A stretch of DNA of 64,000 bases from contig NC_091290.1 of NCBI RefSeq assembly GCF_032444005.1, positions 113,584,001 to 113,648,000 on the forward strand. The letters run 5' to 3'. The position numbers and the translations under genes were made by a program. A model generated the notes under the pieces. That model made no database searches and was not told the origin of the DNA. It saw only the letters and a program-made list of their open reading frames with translations. The DNA comes from Ranitomeya imitator. Taxonomy: Eukaryota. Positions within the stretch are counted from its first letter, which is position 1. Each line of letters starts with the position of its first letter. This document shows positions 32,201 to 44,700 of the stretch, one piece after another.

Positions 32201-34115
32201 AGCAAGGACACACAGGGAACTCATCCGTCTCTGACTGATGGAAACTCTTTTTGGTGGAATCTGCTCTTATCTGAGTAACTTAGCGCCACTTCCTTTCGCC
32301 ATAAGTTTGAGAATAAGGTAAAGTCCCGCTTTATTACAACTGGGTGTAGCCTCAAGGGACTAAGTGCTACAGTTTGTAATTATGGTCACTGTGGCAATAG
32401 GCTAGTCCTTGGTGTCCCTGTGAATACAGCTGACGGGCACAAGTTTCCAGGATCAACTGGTAGGGGAATGTGGCCCTTACCAGAGTCACCAAACTTCCTG
32501 AGTCCAAGAGTTCAGACACCAGTACCCAATTTATGGTCACAGGACATACCTGCAACCTCTCGTTGGGCTGATGGTCTACACTGTAGGCCGAGTAGACATA
32601 ATACGAACAGGCCAGCGCCTCCCTACGCTGCAGTCCATCTGTTCGGTGGATATGGGCCAACGGACGACTATGTGCCCAGTACCGTGACACCTCCAACAAA
32701 TTAAGTCCTTCCCAGTGGCCTTCGACAATCCCTCAGCAGCCCCTTGGGCTCCTACCCACTCACACAGTTGTGGCTCTATTACCCTTCTTATCAGAGTCAG
32801 GCTCCTTTTGAGTACCCCAGTACAGGGATGAGACAACGCCTGGTTTCGTTAATGACTTCTCAACCACCTGGTACCTTTCCACTAGGCCAACAAGGTAGTT
32901 TGCATTCTGGGGGTCTCCCTGGGTAACCCAGGTGTCCACCGGCCTAGGAAGGGAGTGATTAAACCTGTCCATAACAATGCGCTCGACCATCTGGGCTGGG
33001 GTGGAGGACTCCGGCTACAACACCTTCTGTACAAGATGTAGCAGGTTGAACATTTTGGAGCAAGGGGGTTTGTCACTGCAATACGCTCAGTGGTGGACCC
33101 TTTGTGCTCTGACCGTCAGTCACTCCTGAGCATGCCAATATTTCAGTTTTCAGTTAGGCATACTCCTGCGCATCCTATAAAGCAAGGTCACAATCCTTTT
33201 GAGGCTTACTAGTTAGGAGGTCAACACCTCCGCCCACTGCTCCGTCGGAAGCCACTCCAACTCTGCTACTCTTTCAAATATGGTTAAAAATGTTTCAACA
33301 TCACCGGGGGTCATGTTTTACATGGCACGCCTTACGGCCTTCCAGATGTTTGAGTTATCACCTGGACTTGTTGGAAGAGCTGTTCCCTTGCCACGGATCG
33401 CCAACTGCTGATGGAATTGTTTCTGCTGATACTGCTGCTGTTCTTGTTGCTGCTGCGTTTGCTGCTGTTGCTGGAGATGAGCCTGCAGTAGCTGTTTCAA
33501 CATCTCCTCCATGTTGTTTGCTTTTAATCCTGCAGCCACCTTCACCCAAGCCATGCAGTTTGTCCATAGCCATCACCAATACTTCCTGGGTAAGTTGCCC
33601 ACACTTCTAGCATCAACTGTGGTAGATTGGCTCACTCAACTGCTCAAAGAGGCAGTCACAGAAACGCTTTCACTTTTCCACTGGTTTATTAACACACATG
33701 CTGCATAAACCAGTCCAATCTTAGGTAAAACACACGACCCTTCTAGCATAACGGGAAAACAAAATAGTATACAGTACAGTCTGTGTGGCTGTGGGGTGTA
33801 CCCGTTCAAGAAAAAAAGAACAATATTCAGCTTTCTTTAACACGAGCACAGCTCTGGAGATCTCATCTCCAGACAAACGGAACACAGAATGAGTCCAAAG
33901 GCTTCGCAGTTACCATCTGGACCACACCCTGGGGTGGAGATATGGTGAACAGCCTCCCACTCTTCAAATGTTCACCAAAGGCCAACCCTATTATGCAGAT
34001 AAACCCCTCTCTGCACATAACACGATGGAGCAAACTTCTTGGTTAATATCACTGAGGCCAACATCCTCAGTGACACATATCTCCCCACCAGTATTTTACC
34101 AGTGTCCTTCTCACA
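29280..34115 (-). mobile_element. Decayed Gmr1-type Ty3/Gypsy LTR retrotransposon
   Basis: Diverged LTRs at 33618-34115 (5') and about 29280-29760 (3'). Degenerate tRNA-Leu-type PBS (TGATGCTAGAAGTG) and PPT GGACAGAGGGGCG. Broken domains in the order gag/SCAN-like, CCHC, protease (LLDSGS), integrase (ISMDLVG, EILMDKG, GLVERFNKT), RT (LKPYRI, DLTKGYWQI), RNase H tail. Confidence 0.85.
30893..31083. mobile_element. Palindromic MITE inserted in the Gmr1-type element
   Basis: Arms CTTGCGAGAAACTCGGATGAGTCTCGCATG / CATGCGAGACTCATCCGAGTTTCTCGCAAG. Confidence 0.8.
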
Positions 34116-34142
34116 AATTATACATACATACATACATACATA

Positions 34143-34800
34143 CAGTGTGTTTATTTCAACTTAGAAAAAGCTTAATCCTCCTAATTGCATTTATTTCCAT
34201 GTACACAGCGATGGAAACATGAACAAAATATTTTTAAACTGAAAATGCAGAGAGAGGTATCAGCACAGAAAAAAAAAGTCTGCATTTTCATTTGCAAACT
34301 GATATACTGACAGTATAAACTGAAATTTGCTTATAGACTTAACTTTTCTGTTAATCAGTGAACTAATATTTAGTTATATAACGTTTCTTTCTGACTGTAC
34401 TCCATTCCACAGTTCTTTTGCATTCTTAAGTTTTATATCAAAAACGGTATTTTTGATGTCACTCCACAAATGCTCCATAGGATTGAGGTCTGGGGACTGG
34501 GCCGGCCACTTCATTACATCAATCTTGTTGGTCTGGATCCAGGATGTTTCCCGCTTGCTGGTGTTTTTTGGGGTAATTGTCCTGCTGAAACATCCATTTC
34601 AGGGGCATTTCTTCTTCAGCATGAGGCATCACCACATCTTCCAGTATTTCGGTATATTCATACTGGTCCATGGTTCCTGATATATGATAATGGGATTAAC
34701 TCCATGGTATGAGAACTATCCCCAAACCAGTATGCTAGCACCTCCATATTTTACAGTCTTCACGGGGTACTGTGGCTTAAATTCAGTGTTTATGGGTCAT
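34143..34800 (-). mobile_element. Tc1-like transposon fragment (transposase C-terminal half and one end)
   Basis: TA|CAGTG terminus; minus strand reads WPAQSPDLNPMEHLWSDIK. Confidence 0.7.
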
Positions 34801-35543
34801 CTCACAATGTCCCGCTGTGACGGTAGGAAAGCTGGTGAGGAGGGACCGTATCCGATCCCTTAATCTAGGGCAGCCCTAGTTTATCCCTCATCCACGGGTG
34901 AGGCCCGGATCTCGTACCGCTCTGTGCTCCTACCAAATCCAGACGGCCGGTTTCTGCCCAGGATATCTTATCTAAAATATTACAGGACAGTCTAAGAGTG
35001 ATCGTAGTTACTTTCATCTGAAACAAAACCTGACTTTATAAAGCTGGCCTATAAGAAGTAATATTATATCATGGCAAATTAGAGATGATAATCCCCGCAA
35101 ATGGTAAGCCGGGGACAAGGGGGTTGTCGGGTGCGGCTCCCTCGCACATGGCGGGCTGATGATTTGGCTTTTGATCCGCCCCGGTGCGCGGACGGCGGGC
35201 ATTATGCACGTGTCAGGAATAGAGTTGGCGGCAACTGATTTGCAGGACCCGGGCCAGTGGCCACATCGGACGGGAGCGGGAGAACTGCCTTACGCATTCG
35301 TGGCCGTTCTTCTGATTAGCCAGCCTGGCACAACATCATGGTTGTGGCATAACACGCGCGTGACATGGCGCCAGGCCGGCCAATCAAAAGAGCCGTGTAT
35401 GACATTAGGTAAGAAGCGGTTCTTCTGCCCGGCGGCCACGGATTACTGACAGGGCCGACAGTCCGGGTCACATGCAGCTACAGCAGCCCGCCATCCGCTA
35501 ATGAAATGAATACGTCATGGCAGGACACGCTGCTTATATTATA

Positions 35544-35668
35544 CTAGATTGTGGCCCGATTCTAACGTATCGGGTATTCTAGAATATGCATGTCCCCGTA
35601 GTATATGGACAATGACGATTCCAGAATTTGCTGCAGACTGTGCCCGTTGCTGATTGGTCGAGGCAACC
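35544..35668 (+). mobile_element. Short copy of the Helitron-like non-autonomous family
   Basis: Same head as 974 and 36749, one degenerate 20-mer, then a TGTGCCCGTTGCTGATTGGTCG segment shared with the 36749 copy. Confidence 0.6.
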
Positions 35669-35809
35669 TTTAGGACAAAAGCCCCAATACTTTTACAAAA
35701 AGGGGTTTCTCTTGGGCAGACCATTGTCTCCAGTTTGTGAGGTAAATTCTTCTGATTATCGCCCCAGAGGGTGTCATTTCCCATGATACACCTCGCCATA
35801 CAGAGGAGC

Positions 35810-35994
35810 CATTTTCTAGGCTGAGAGCGCCACTCCCCTCCCCGCCGCTAGGGGTCAGTGTCTATCCGGCGCTCGCTTGCTTTCTTCCCCGCCGCTCTCT
35901 CGTTGTCCCGCGCGGCTGCTCTCTGGCTCTTTTCTGTGTCCGTTGCTTGTCGTGCTCGTTCACTCCTTTGAGCTGCGGAAGGGAGACCGGAGAG
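35810..35994 (+). promoter_or_regulatory. CpG-island promoter and non-coding exon 1 of the unidentified plus-strand gene (start approximate)
   Basis: CpG-rich unique sequence ending in a consensus donor GAG|GTGAGT at 35994/35995. Confidence 0.6.
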
Positions 35995-36748
35995 GTGAGT
36001 GTGTCCGGGCCGGGAGGGGGCAGCGTCCTGCGGCTACAGGCAGGCCCGGGGGTCGCATGGACGGGGACAATGCGGAGTGCGCGGCTCTGTACCGGGACAT
36101 GGGGGCCATGCATGGGGATTACTGGGCCTGTAACCCCTCAGTGGGTCCGTTACTAACCCCCTCCCCCCCAACAACAGAAAATGCAATAGAAAGTTATCAA
36201 AATGGTATCAATAAGCGTCATCTCCGCAAGAAAATAACCCCCCACACAAACCTATGGGGCAAATACAACCCCAATATATGCAGACGGGGGCGGTCAGATA
36301 AAATGGCCAGTCTCGCCCCATGGGTGTCAATAGGAGCAGCAGGCGGCAATGTTCGTCCTGCAGGGCCTGTCATAGGGCCACGGTGTCACTTGGCTGCAAG
36401 ACACATTTACTAAAGGTCTTGTAGGGGATCCTGGCGCTACACGACCCTTTTATTTTTCTCTTTGCCCACCCTAAAGGTACCCTCCCCTGAACAGCGTGTT
36501 CACACCGGAGGGTTAGATAAGGGGATTCTCCCGTACACAGGGCCGTGCTGTTACATGGCAACATTGCTTATGGATTCATGTCTTTACACCGCTCACTGAA
36601 GGGGTTAACTAGTGAGCGTTTATAGATTCTGGCGTTCTGGAGGCGGCCATTCCAAATGTGAATTTTATTTTAGTTTTACATAAGTATACAAATTTATTGA
36701 TATTTTTTCCTCCTGTTTATTTTGTGATTGAAATATATATATATATAT

Positions 36749-37440
36749 CTAGATGGTGGCCCGATTCTAACGCATCTGGTATTCTAGAATATGCATGTCC
36801 ACATAGTATATTGCCCAGCCACGTAGTATATTGCCCAGCCAGGTTTGTCACAGGTTAAAAAATAAAAAATAAACATATACTCACCTTTCCGAGGGCCCCT
36901 TGTAGTCCACGGTAGCTTCAGGTCCCAGGGTTGGTATGAGCGCAGGACCTGTGATGATGTCGCGGTCACATGACCGTGAAGTCATGGCAGGTCCTTCTCC
37001 CATACCATCTTTGCCACCAGAACCTGCAATGGAAGATGGCGGCCAGCGCGAGTGGCTGGGCGGACAACGGAGGGTGAGTATAGCAGTTTTTTTTTTTATT
37101 ATTATTATTTTTAACATTACATTTTTTTACTATTGATGCCGCATAGGCAGCATCAATAGTAAAAAGTTGGGGACACACAGGGTTAATAGCGGCGGTAACG
37201 GAGTGCGTTACCCGCGGCATAACGCGGTCCGTTACCGCCGGCATTAACCCTATGTTAGCGGTGACCGGAGGGGAGTATGTGGGCGCCGGGCACTGACTGC
37301 GGGGAGTAAGGAGCGGCCGTTTTCTTCCGGATTGTGCCCGTAGCTGATTGGTCGCGGCAGCCATGACAGGCAGCTGGCGACACCAATCAGCAAATGAATA
37401 TCCGTGACAGACAGAAGGACAGACGGAAGTGACCCTAGAT
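36749..37440 (+). mobile_element. Apparently complete Helitron/Helentron-like non-autonomous element
   Basis: Head CTAGATGGTGGCCCGATTCTAACGCATC(T)GG (hairpin-like), two 20-mers, GACA-type simple repeat near the end, terminal CTAG(AT); inserted in an AT run. Confidence 0.6.
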
Positions 37441-37594
37441 GGTTGGTGATATCAACTTCCTGTTTGTGGCACATTAGTATATGGGACGGGGGAAACTTTT
37501 CAAGATGGGTGGTGACCATGGCGGCCATCTTGGATCCAGCTTTAATTTTTACAATGGGAAGAGGATCATGTGACACATCAAACTTAGGCAAGTT

Positions 37595-37944
37595 TCACAC
37601 TAGCGTTTCCCTGATGTGCGGAGGGCTGCAGACTTCCTCCGTGAAGCCCCGCCCTCAGCCGCACCTCCGCTTGTAGCTCCGCCTACATCTGCATGCAGCC
37701 TGTGTACCTATATTTAACATTAGGTACGCAGGTCGTGGCTGCGTCTCCGCTGGTCGCCACATCGTCAAAACGACGCATGCGGCACCATCCGCATACAGCC
37801 GCACGACCTGCGTACCTAATGTTAAATATAGGTACACAGGCTGCATGCAGATGTAGGCGGAGCTACAAGCGGAGGTGCGGCTGAGGGCGGGGCTTCACGG
37901 AGGAAGTCTGCAGCCCTCCGCACATCAGGGAAACGCTAGTGTGA
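37595..37944. mobile_element. Fold-back MITE with two 143-bp inverted arms, cut by an assembly gap
   Basis: 37595-37737 is the reverse complement of 37802-37944. Confidence 0.85.
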
Positions 37945-38103
37945 NNNNNNNNNNNNNNNNNNNNNNNNNNNNNNNNNNNNNNNNNNNNNNNNNNNNNNNN
38001 NNNNNNNNNNNNNNNNNNNNNNNNNNNNNNNNNNNNNNNNNNNNNNNNNNNNNNNNNNNNNNNNNNNNNNNNNNNNNNNNNNNNNNNNNNNNNNNNNNNN
38101 NNN
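37945..38103. other. Assembly gap (159 N)
   Basis: Run of N. Confidence 1.
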
Positions 38104-40226
38104 TCTATGAGACTTGCGCTATTTTCACTCTGATCGCTGGTATAACGCAGTGCCATGCACCAGCCCTGCAACACATTATACCTGTGAGTTTTGCACAGAC
38201 AGAAACCTCTTAGCCCATACTCAGGGCCTCCATAGCTGACAGATCAGGAGGTTGTCACGTGACCTCCTGCCATGGCAAGTATCGGGTCTCCATAATGACG
38301 TCACAAGGGTACAAATCGGGCGGGACAGGGAGCCTCTTTTTTTGTGTACTCTTTTCTGAGTACACAGTTTTATATGCAGGTTTTACCCATTGCTCCTGGC
38401 ACCTACTGATAAGCGAGTCACCCCTACCTCCTCTAATTAGGGTTTTTTTTTTTACTTGTCTTGGAAATTACCGTAGCCAAATTTTTTTTTGTTTTTCTTT
38501 TTTCACCATTTGCGGAGTCCCTTAACTTCTATTTTTTTTTATTCTTCCGCCGATAGAAGCTGTGAGTGCTGACACTCTTATCATTTTGAGAAACAGTTAT
38601 GAAAATAAAATGATAAAAATTAGCACATTTCAAACTTTGATGGCACGGTCCCACCATGAGCTTTTGACGTTGCAGAATTTGTGCACCTATAAAGTAAATT
38701 AGGTTACTTTTTTTTTCATTGCATTTTTATCACTTTTTTTTTTTTTTTTTGTCTTTTTCATGTATCATGCTTTAAATAAAGCTGCTTTATTTTTTATACT
38801 TTCTGGTATTAGCCTTTGACAAATTTACTGCTATACTTGGCAGTGGATTACATGTGATTCGGATGCATTTTTAGTGCGTGTCTGATGTGGAAACGCATGT
38901 GCGAATTTTACCTGTGGCTTTTTTGCATCTAATGTAAGTCTGTGGGGAAATTACGCACAGAAAACTCAGGGTACACGCCAAGGCTGTGGAGTCGGTGTTC
39001 ATTTTAGTGGAGTCGGAGTCAGTGTCAAATGGACCAACTCCTAAAATATATAATAAATTGGGTGCAGAAGTACAATGCAGGATGGGGTGCATATGTTTTT
39101 ATAATTTGGGAAAGTTTTGAAATGTCCTTTAAATGTTCTGTTCCTGATCTAAGGATCTTGGCTTTTAGTTGTGATGAATCTGTGCTGCACTTTTATGCAC
39201 ATGCTCATTAGTGATGGGGCTGTGGAGACGAATCTGTGCTGCACTTTATGCACATGCTCAGTAGTGAGGCAGTGCTGTGGAGATGACTCTGCTGCACTTT
39301 ATGTACATGCTCAGTAGTGAGGCAGTACTGTGGAGATGAATCTGTGCTGCACCTTATGCACATGCTCAGTAGTGAGGCAGGACTGTGGAGATGAATCTGT
39401 GCTGCACTTTATGTACATGCTCAGTAGTGAGACAGGGCTGTGGAGATGAATCTGTGCTGCACCTTATGCACATGCTCAGTAGTGAGGCAGGACTGTGGAG
39501 ATGAATCTGTGCTGCACTTTATGTACATGCTCAGTAGTGACCGGGGCTGTGGAGACGAATCTGTGCTGCACTTTATGCACATGCTCAGTAGTGAGGCAGT
39601 GCTGTGGAGATGACTCTGCTGCACTTTATGTACATGCTCAGTAGTGAGGCAGTGCTGTGGAGATGACTCTGCTGCACTTTATGTACATGCTCAGTAGTGA
39701 GGCAGTGCTGTGGAGATGACTCTGCTGCACTTTATGTACATGCTCAGTAGTGAGGCAGTGCTGTGGAGATGACTCTGCTGCACTTTATGTACATGCTCAG
39801 TAGTGAGGCAGTACTGTGGAGATGAATCTGTGCTGCACCTTATACACATGCTCAGTAGTGAGGCAGGGCTGTGGAGATGAATCTGTGCTGCACTTTATGT
39901 ACATGCTCAGTAGTGACCGGGGCTGTGGAGACGAATCTGTGCTGCACCTTATGTACATGCTCAGTAGTGAAGCAGGGCTGTGGAGATGACTCTGCTGCAC
40001 TTTATGCTCGTGCTCAGTAGTGAGGCAGTGCTGTGGAGCTGAATCTGTGCTGCACTTTATGCTCGTGCTCAGTAGTGAGGCAGTGCTGTGGAGCTGAATC
40101 TACTGTTCTTTATGTACATGCTCAGTAATGAGGCAGTGCTGTGGAGCTGAATCTGTGCTGCACTTTATGTACATGCTCAGTAGTGAGGCAGTGCTGTGGA
40201 GCTGAATCTGTGCTGTTCTTTATGTA

Positions 40227-41784
40227 CAGGTCCTTCTCAAAAAATTAGCATATAGTGTTAAATTTCATTATTTACCATAATGTAATGATTACAATTAAAC
40301 TTTCATATATTATAGATTCATTATCCACCAACTGAAATTTGTCAGGTCTTTTATTGTTTTAATACTGATGATTTTGGCATACAACTCCTGATAACCCAAA
40401 AAACCTGTCTCAATAAATTAGCATATTTCACCCATCCAATCAAATAAAAGTGTTTTTTAATAACAAACAAAAAAACCAACAAATAATAATGTTCAGTTAT
40501 GCACTCAATACTTGGTCGGGAATCCTTTGGCAGAAATGACTGCTTCAATGCGGCGTGGCATGGAGGCAATCAGCCTGTGACACTGCTGAGATGTTATGGA
40601 GGCCCAGGATGCTTCAATAGCGGCCTTAAGCTCATCCAGAGTGTTGAGTCTTGCGTCTCTCAACTTTCTCTTCACAATATCCCACAGATTCTCTATGGGG
40701 TTCAGGTCAGGAGAGTTGGCAGGCCAATTGAGCGCAGTAATACCATGGTCAACAAACCATTTACCAGTGGTTTTGGCACTGTGAGCAGGTGCCAGGTCGT
40801 GCTGAAAAATGAAATCTTCATCTCCATAAAGCATTTCAGCCGATGGAAGCATGAAGTGCTCCAAAATCTCCTGATAGCTAGCTGCATTGACCCTGCCCTT
40901 GATGAAACACAGTGGACCAACACCAGCAGCTGACATGGCACCCCACACCATCACTGACTGTGGGTACTTGACACTGGACTTCAGGCATTTTGGCATTTCC
41001 TTCTCCCCAGTCTTCCTCCAGACTCTGGCACCTTGATTTCTGAATGACATGCAAAATTTGCTTTCATCAGAAAAAAGTACTTGGGACCACTTAGCAACAG
41101 TCCAGTGCTGCTTCTCTGTAGCCCAGGTCAGGCGCCTCTGCCGCTGTTTATGGTTCAAAAGTGGCTTTACCTGGTGAATGCGGCACCTGTAGCCCATTTA
41201 CTGCTTCCTCAGGTTCCCCAAGGTCTGGAATCGGTCCTTCTCCACAATCTTCCTCAGGGTCCGGTCTCCTCTTCTCGTTGTACAGCGTTTTCTGCCACAT
41301 TGTTTCCTTCCAACAGACTTACCATTGAGGTGCCTTGATACAGCACTCTGGGAACAGCCTATTTGTTGATAAATTTCTTTCTGGGTCTTACCCTCTTGCT
41401 TGAGGGTGTCAATGATGGCCTTCTTGACATCTGTCAGGTCGCTAGTCTTACCCATGATGGGGGTTTTGAGTAATGAACCAGGCAGGGAGTTTATAAAAGC
41501 CTCAGGTATCTTTTGCATGTGTTTAGAGTTAATTAGTTGATTCAGAAGATTAGGGTAATAGGTCGTTTAGAGAACCTTTTCTTGATATGCTAATTTTTTG
41601 AGACAGGTTTTTTGGGTTATCAGGAGTTGTATGCCAAAATCATCAGTATTAAAACAATAAAAGACCTGACAAATTTCAGTTGGTGGATAATGAATCTATA
41701 ATATATGAAAGTTTAATTGTAATCATTACATTATGGTAAATAATGAAATTTAACACTATATGCTAATTTTTTGAGAAGGACCTG
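40227..41784 (-). mobile_element. Tc1-family (DD34E) transposon with about 200-bp IR/DR-type TIRs and TA TSD
   Basis: TA|CAGGTCCTTCTCAAAAAATTAGCATA...TATGCTAATTTTTTGAGAAGGACCTG|TA, with an inner direct repeat of the terminal motif. Confidence 0.97.
40505..41461 (-). pseudogene. Tc1 transposase split into two ORFs by an internal deletion that creates a stop
   Basis: MGKTSDLTDVKK...LRKQ* directly followed by MGYRCR...FSDESKF...FQHDLAPAH...SPDLNPIE (34 residues between D and E). Confidence 0.9.
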
Positions 41785-44700
41785 TACATGCTCAGTAGTG
41801 AGGCAGTGCTGTGGAGCTGAATCTGTGCTGCTCTTTATGTACATGCTCAGTAGTGAGGCAGTGCTGTGGAGCTGAATCTGTGCTGCACTTTATGCTCGTG
41901 CTCAGTAGTGAGGCAGTGCTGTGGAGATGAATCTGTGCTGTACTTTATGCTCGTGCTCAGTAGTGAGGCGGTGCTGTGGAAATGACTCTGCTGCACTTTA
42001 TGCACATGCTCAGTAGTGAGGCAGTACTGTGGAGATGACTCTGCTGCACTTTATGTACATGCTCAGTAGTAAGGCAGTACTGTGGAGATGACTCTGCTGC
42101 ACTTTATGCTCGTGCTCAGTAGTGAGGCGGTGCTGTGGAGCTAAATCTGTGCTGCACTTTATGCTCGTGCTCAGTAGTGAGGCAGTGCTGTGGAGCTGAA
42201 TCTGTGCTGCTCTTTATGTATATGCTCAGTAGTGAGGCAGTGCTGTGGAGCTGAATCTGTGCTGCTCTTTATGTACATGCTCAGTAGTGAGGCAGTGCTG
42301 TGGAGCTGAATCTGTGCTGCACTTTATGCTCGTGCTCAGTAGTGAGGCAGTGCTGTGGAGCTGAATCTGTGCTGCACTTTATGCTCGTGCTCAGTAGTGA
42401 GGCGGTGCTGTGGAGCTGAATCTGTGCTGCTCTTTATGTACATGCTCAGTAGTGAGGCAGTGCTGTGGAGCTGAATCTTTGCTGCTCTTTATGTACATGC
42501 TCAGTAATGAGGCAGTGCTGTGGAGCTGAATCCTTGCTGCACTTTATGCTCGTGCTCAGTAATGAGGCAGTGCTGTGGAGCTGAATCTGTGCTGCACTTT
42601 ATGCTCGTGCTCAGTAGTGAGGCAGTGCTGTGGAGCTGAATCTGCTGTTCTTTATGTACATGCTCAGTAATGAGGCAGTGCTGTGGAGCTGAATCTGTGC
42701 TGCACTTTATGCACATGCTCACTAGTGAGGCAGGGCTGTGGAGATGACTCTGCTGCACTTTATGTACATGCTCAGTAGTGAGGCAGTACTGTGGAGATGA
42801 CTCTGCTGCACTTTATGTACATGCTCAGTAGTGAGGCAGTACTGTGGAGATGACTCTGCTGCACTTTATGCTCGTGCTCAGTAGTGAGGCGGTGCTGTGG
42901 AGCTAAATCTGTGCTGCACTTTATGCTCGTGCTCAGTAGTGAGGCAGTGGTGTGGAGCTGAATCTGTGCTGCTCTTTATGTACATGCTCAGCAGTGAGGC
43001 AGTGCTGTGGAGCTGAATCTGTGCTGCACTTTATGCACATGCTCAGTAGTGAGGCAGTGCTGTGGAGATGAATCTGTGCTGCACTTTATGCACATGCTCA
43101 GTAGTGAGGCAGTGCTGTGGAGCTGAATCTGTGCTGCTCTTTATGTACATGCTCAGTAGTGAGGCAGTGCTGTGGAGTTGAATCTGTGCTGCTCTTTATG
43201 TACATGCTCAGTAGTGAGGCAGTGCTGTGGAGCTGAATCTGTGCTGCTCTTTATGTACATGCTCAGTAGTGAGGCAGTGCTGTGGAGCTGAATCTGTGCT
43301 GCACTTTATGCACATGCTCAGTAGTGAGGCAGTGCTGTGGAGCTGAATCTGCTGCTCTTTATGTACATGCTCAGTAATGAGGCAGTGCTGTGGAGCTGAA
43401 TCTGTGCTGCACTTTATGCTCGTGCTCAGTAGTGAGGCAGTGCTGTGGAGATGAATCTGTGCTGCACTTTATGAACATGCTCAGTAGTGAGGCAGTACTG
43501 TGGAGATGAATCTGTGCTGCACTTTATGCTCGTGCTCAGTAGTGAGGCAGTACTGTGGAGATGAATCTGTGCTGCACTTTATGAACATGCTCAGTAGTGA
43601 GGCAGTACTGTGGAGATGAATCTGTGCTGCACTTTATGAACATGCTCAGTAGTGAGGCAGTACTGTGGAGATGAATCTGTGCTGCACTTTATGCTCGTGC
43701 TCAGTAGTGAGGCAGTACTGTGGAGATGAATCTGTGCTGCACTTTATGCTCGTGCTCAGTAGTGAGGCAGTACTGTGGAGATGAATCTGTGCTGCACTTT
43801 ATGAACATGCTCAGTAGTGAGGCAGTACTGTGGAGATGAATCTGTGCTGCACTTTATGTACATGCTCAGTAGTGAGGCAGTACTGTGGAGATGACTCTGC
43901 TGCACTTTATGTACATGCTCAGTAGTGAGGCAGTACTGTGGAGATGACTCTGCTGCACTTTATGCACGTGCTGAGTAGTGAGGCAGTACTGTGGAGATGA
44001 CTCTGCCGCACTTTATGCACATGCTCAGTAGTGAGGCAGTGCTGTGGAGATGACTCTGCTGCACTTTATGCACGTGCTGAGTAGTGAGGCAATGCTGTGG
44101 AGATGACTCTGCTGCACTTTATGCTCGTGCTCAGTAGTGAGGCAGTGCTGTGGAGATGACTCTGCTGCACTTTATGCACGTGCTCAGTAGTGAGGCAGTG
44201 CTGTGGAGATGACTCTGCTGCACTTTATGCTCGTGCTCAGTAGTGAGGCAGTGCTGTGGAGCTAAATCTGTGCTGCACTTTATGTACATGCTCAGTAGTG
44301 AGGCAGTGCTGTGGAGATGACTCTGCTGCACTTTATGCTCGTGCTCAGTAGTGAGGCAGTACTGTGGAGATGAATCTGTGCTGCTCTTTATGCTCGTGCT
44401 CAGTAGTGAGGCAGTGCTGTGGAGATGACTCTGCTGCACTTTATGCACGTGCTCAGTAGTGAGGCAGTGCTGTGGAGATGACTCTGCTGCACTTTATGCT
44501 CGTGCTCAGTAGTGAGGCAGTGTTGGGGAGTCTGAGTCAGGGACATTGAGGAGTCTGAGGTTTGGCTTACCGACCCCACAGTCCTGGTACCTGCAAGAGA
44601 AATTGACCTTCTATGGATTTGAAACACGCACCCCAGGTCATCTTACGCTGAGTAAAATGAAAGCATAGTGGGCAGGAGATTTCTATAAACCCCATCCACT

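Larger units (their letters stand above)
39170..44520. repeat. 53/56-bp satellite (CAGTAGTGAGGCAGTGCTGTGGAGATGACTCTGCTGCACTTTATGTACATGCT and variants), about 3.8 kb excluding the Tc1
   Basis: Tandem array on both sides of the Tc1 insertion. Confidence 0.97.
38979..44586. mobile_element. hAT-like non-autonomous element enclosing a satellite array and a Tc1 insertion
   Basis: Termini CAAGGCTGTGGAGTCGG and CCGACCCCACAGTCCTG (imperfect TIRs); flanks GTACACGC/GTACCTGC (6/8 match); GGAGTC subterminal repeats. Confidence 0.65.

Noticed and set aside
29270-34125. TSD for the Gmr1-type element
   Set aside because: No matching 4-6 bp flanks; the left boundary is degenerate.
35877-36413. 178-aa ORF at the CpG island
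   Set aside because: Runs through a consensus splice donor at 35995; GC-rich stop-poor sequence explains its length.
39170-44520. Regular arrays as possible CRISPR-like repeats
   Set aside because: No unique spacers, eukaryotic context, no cas genes.
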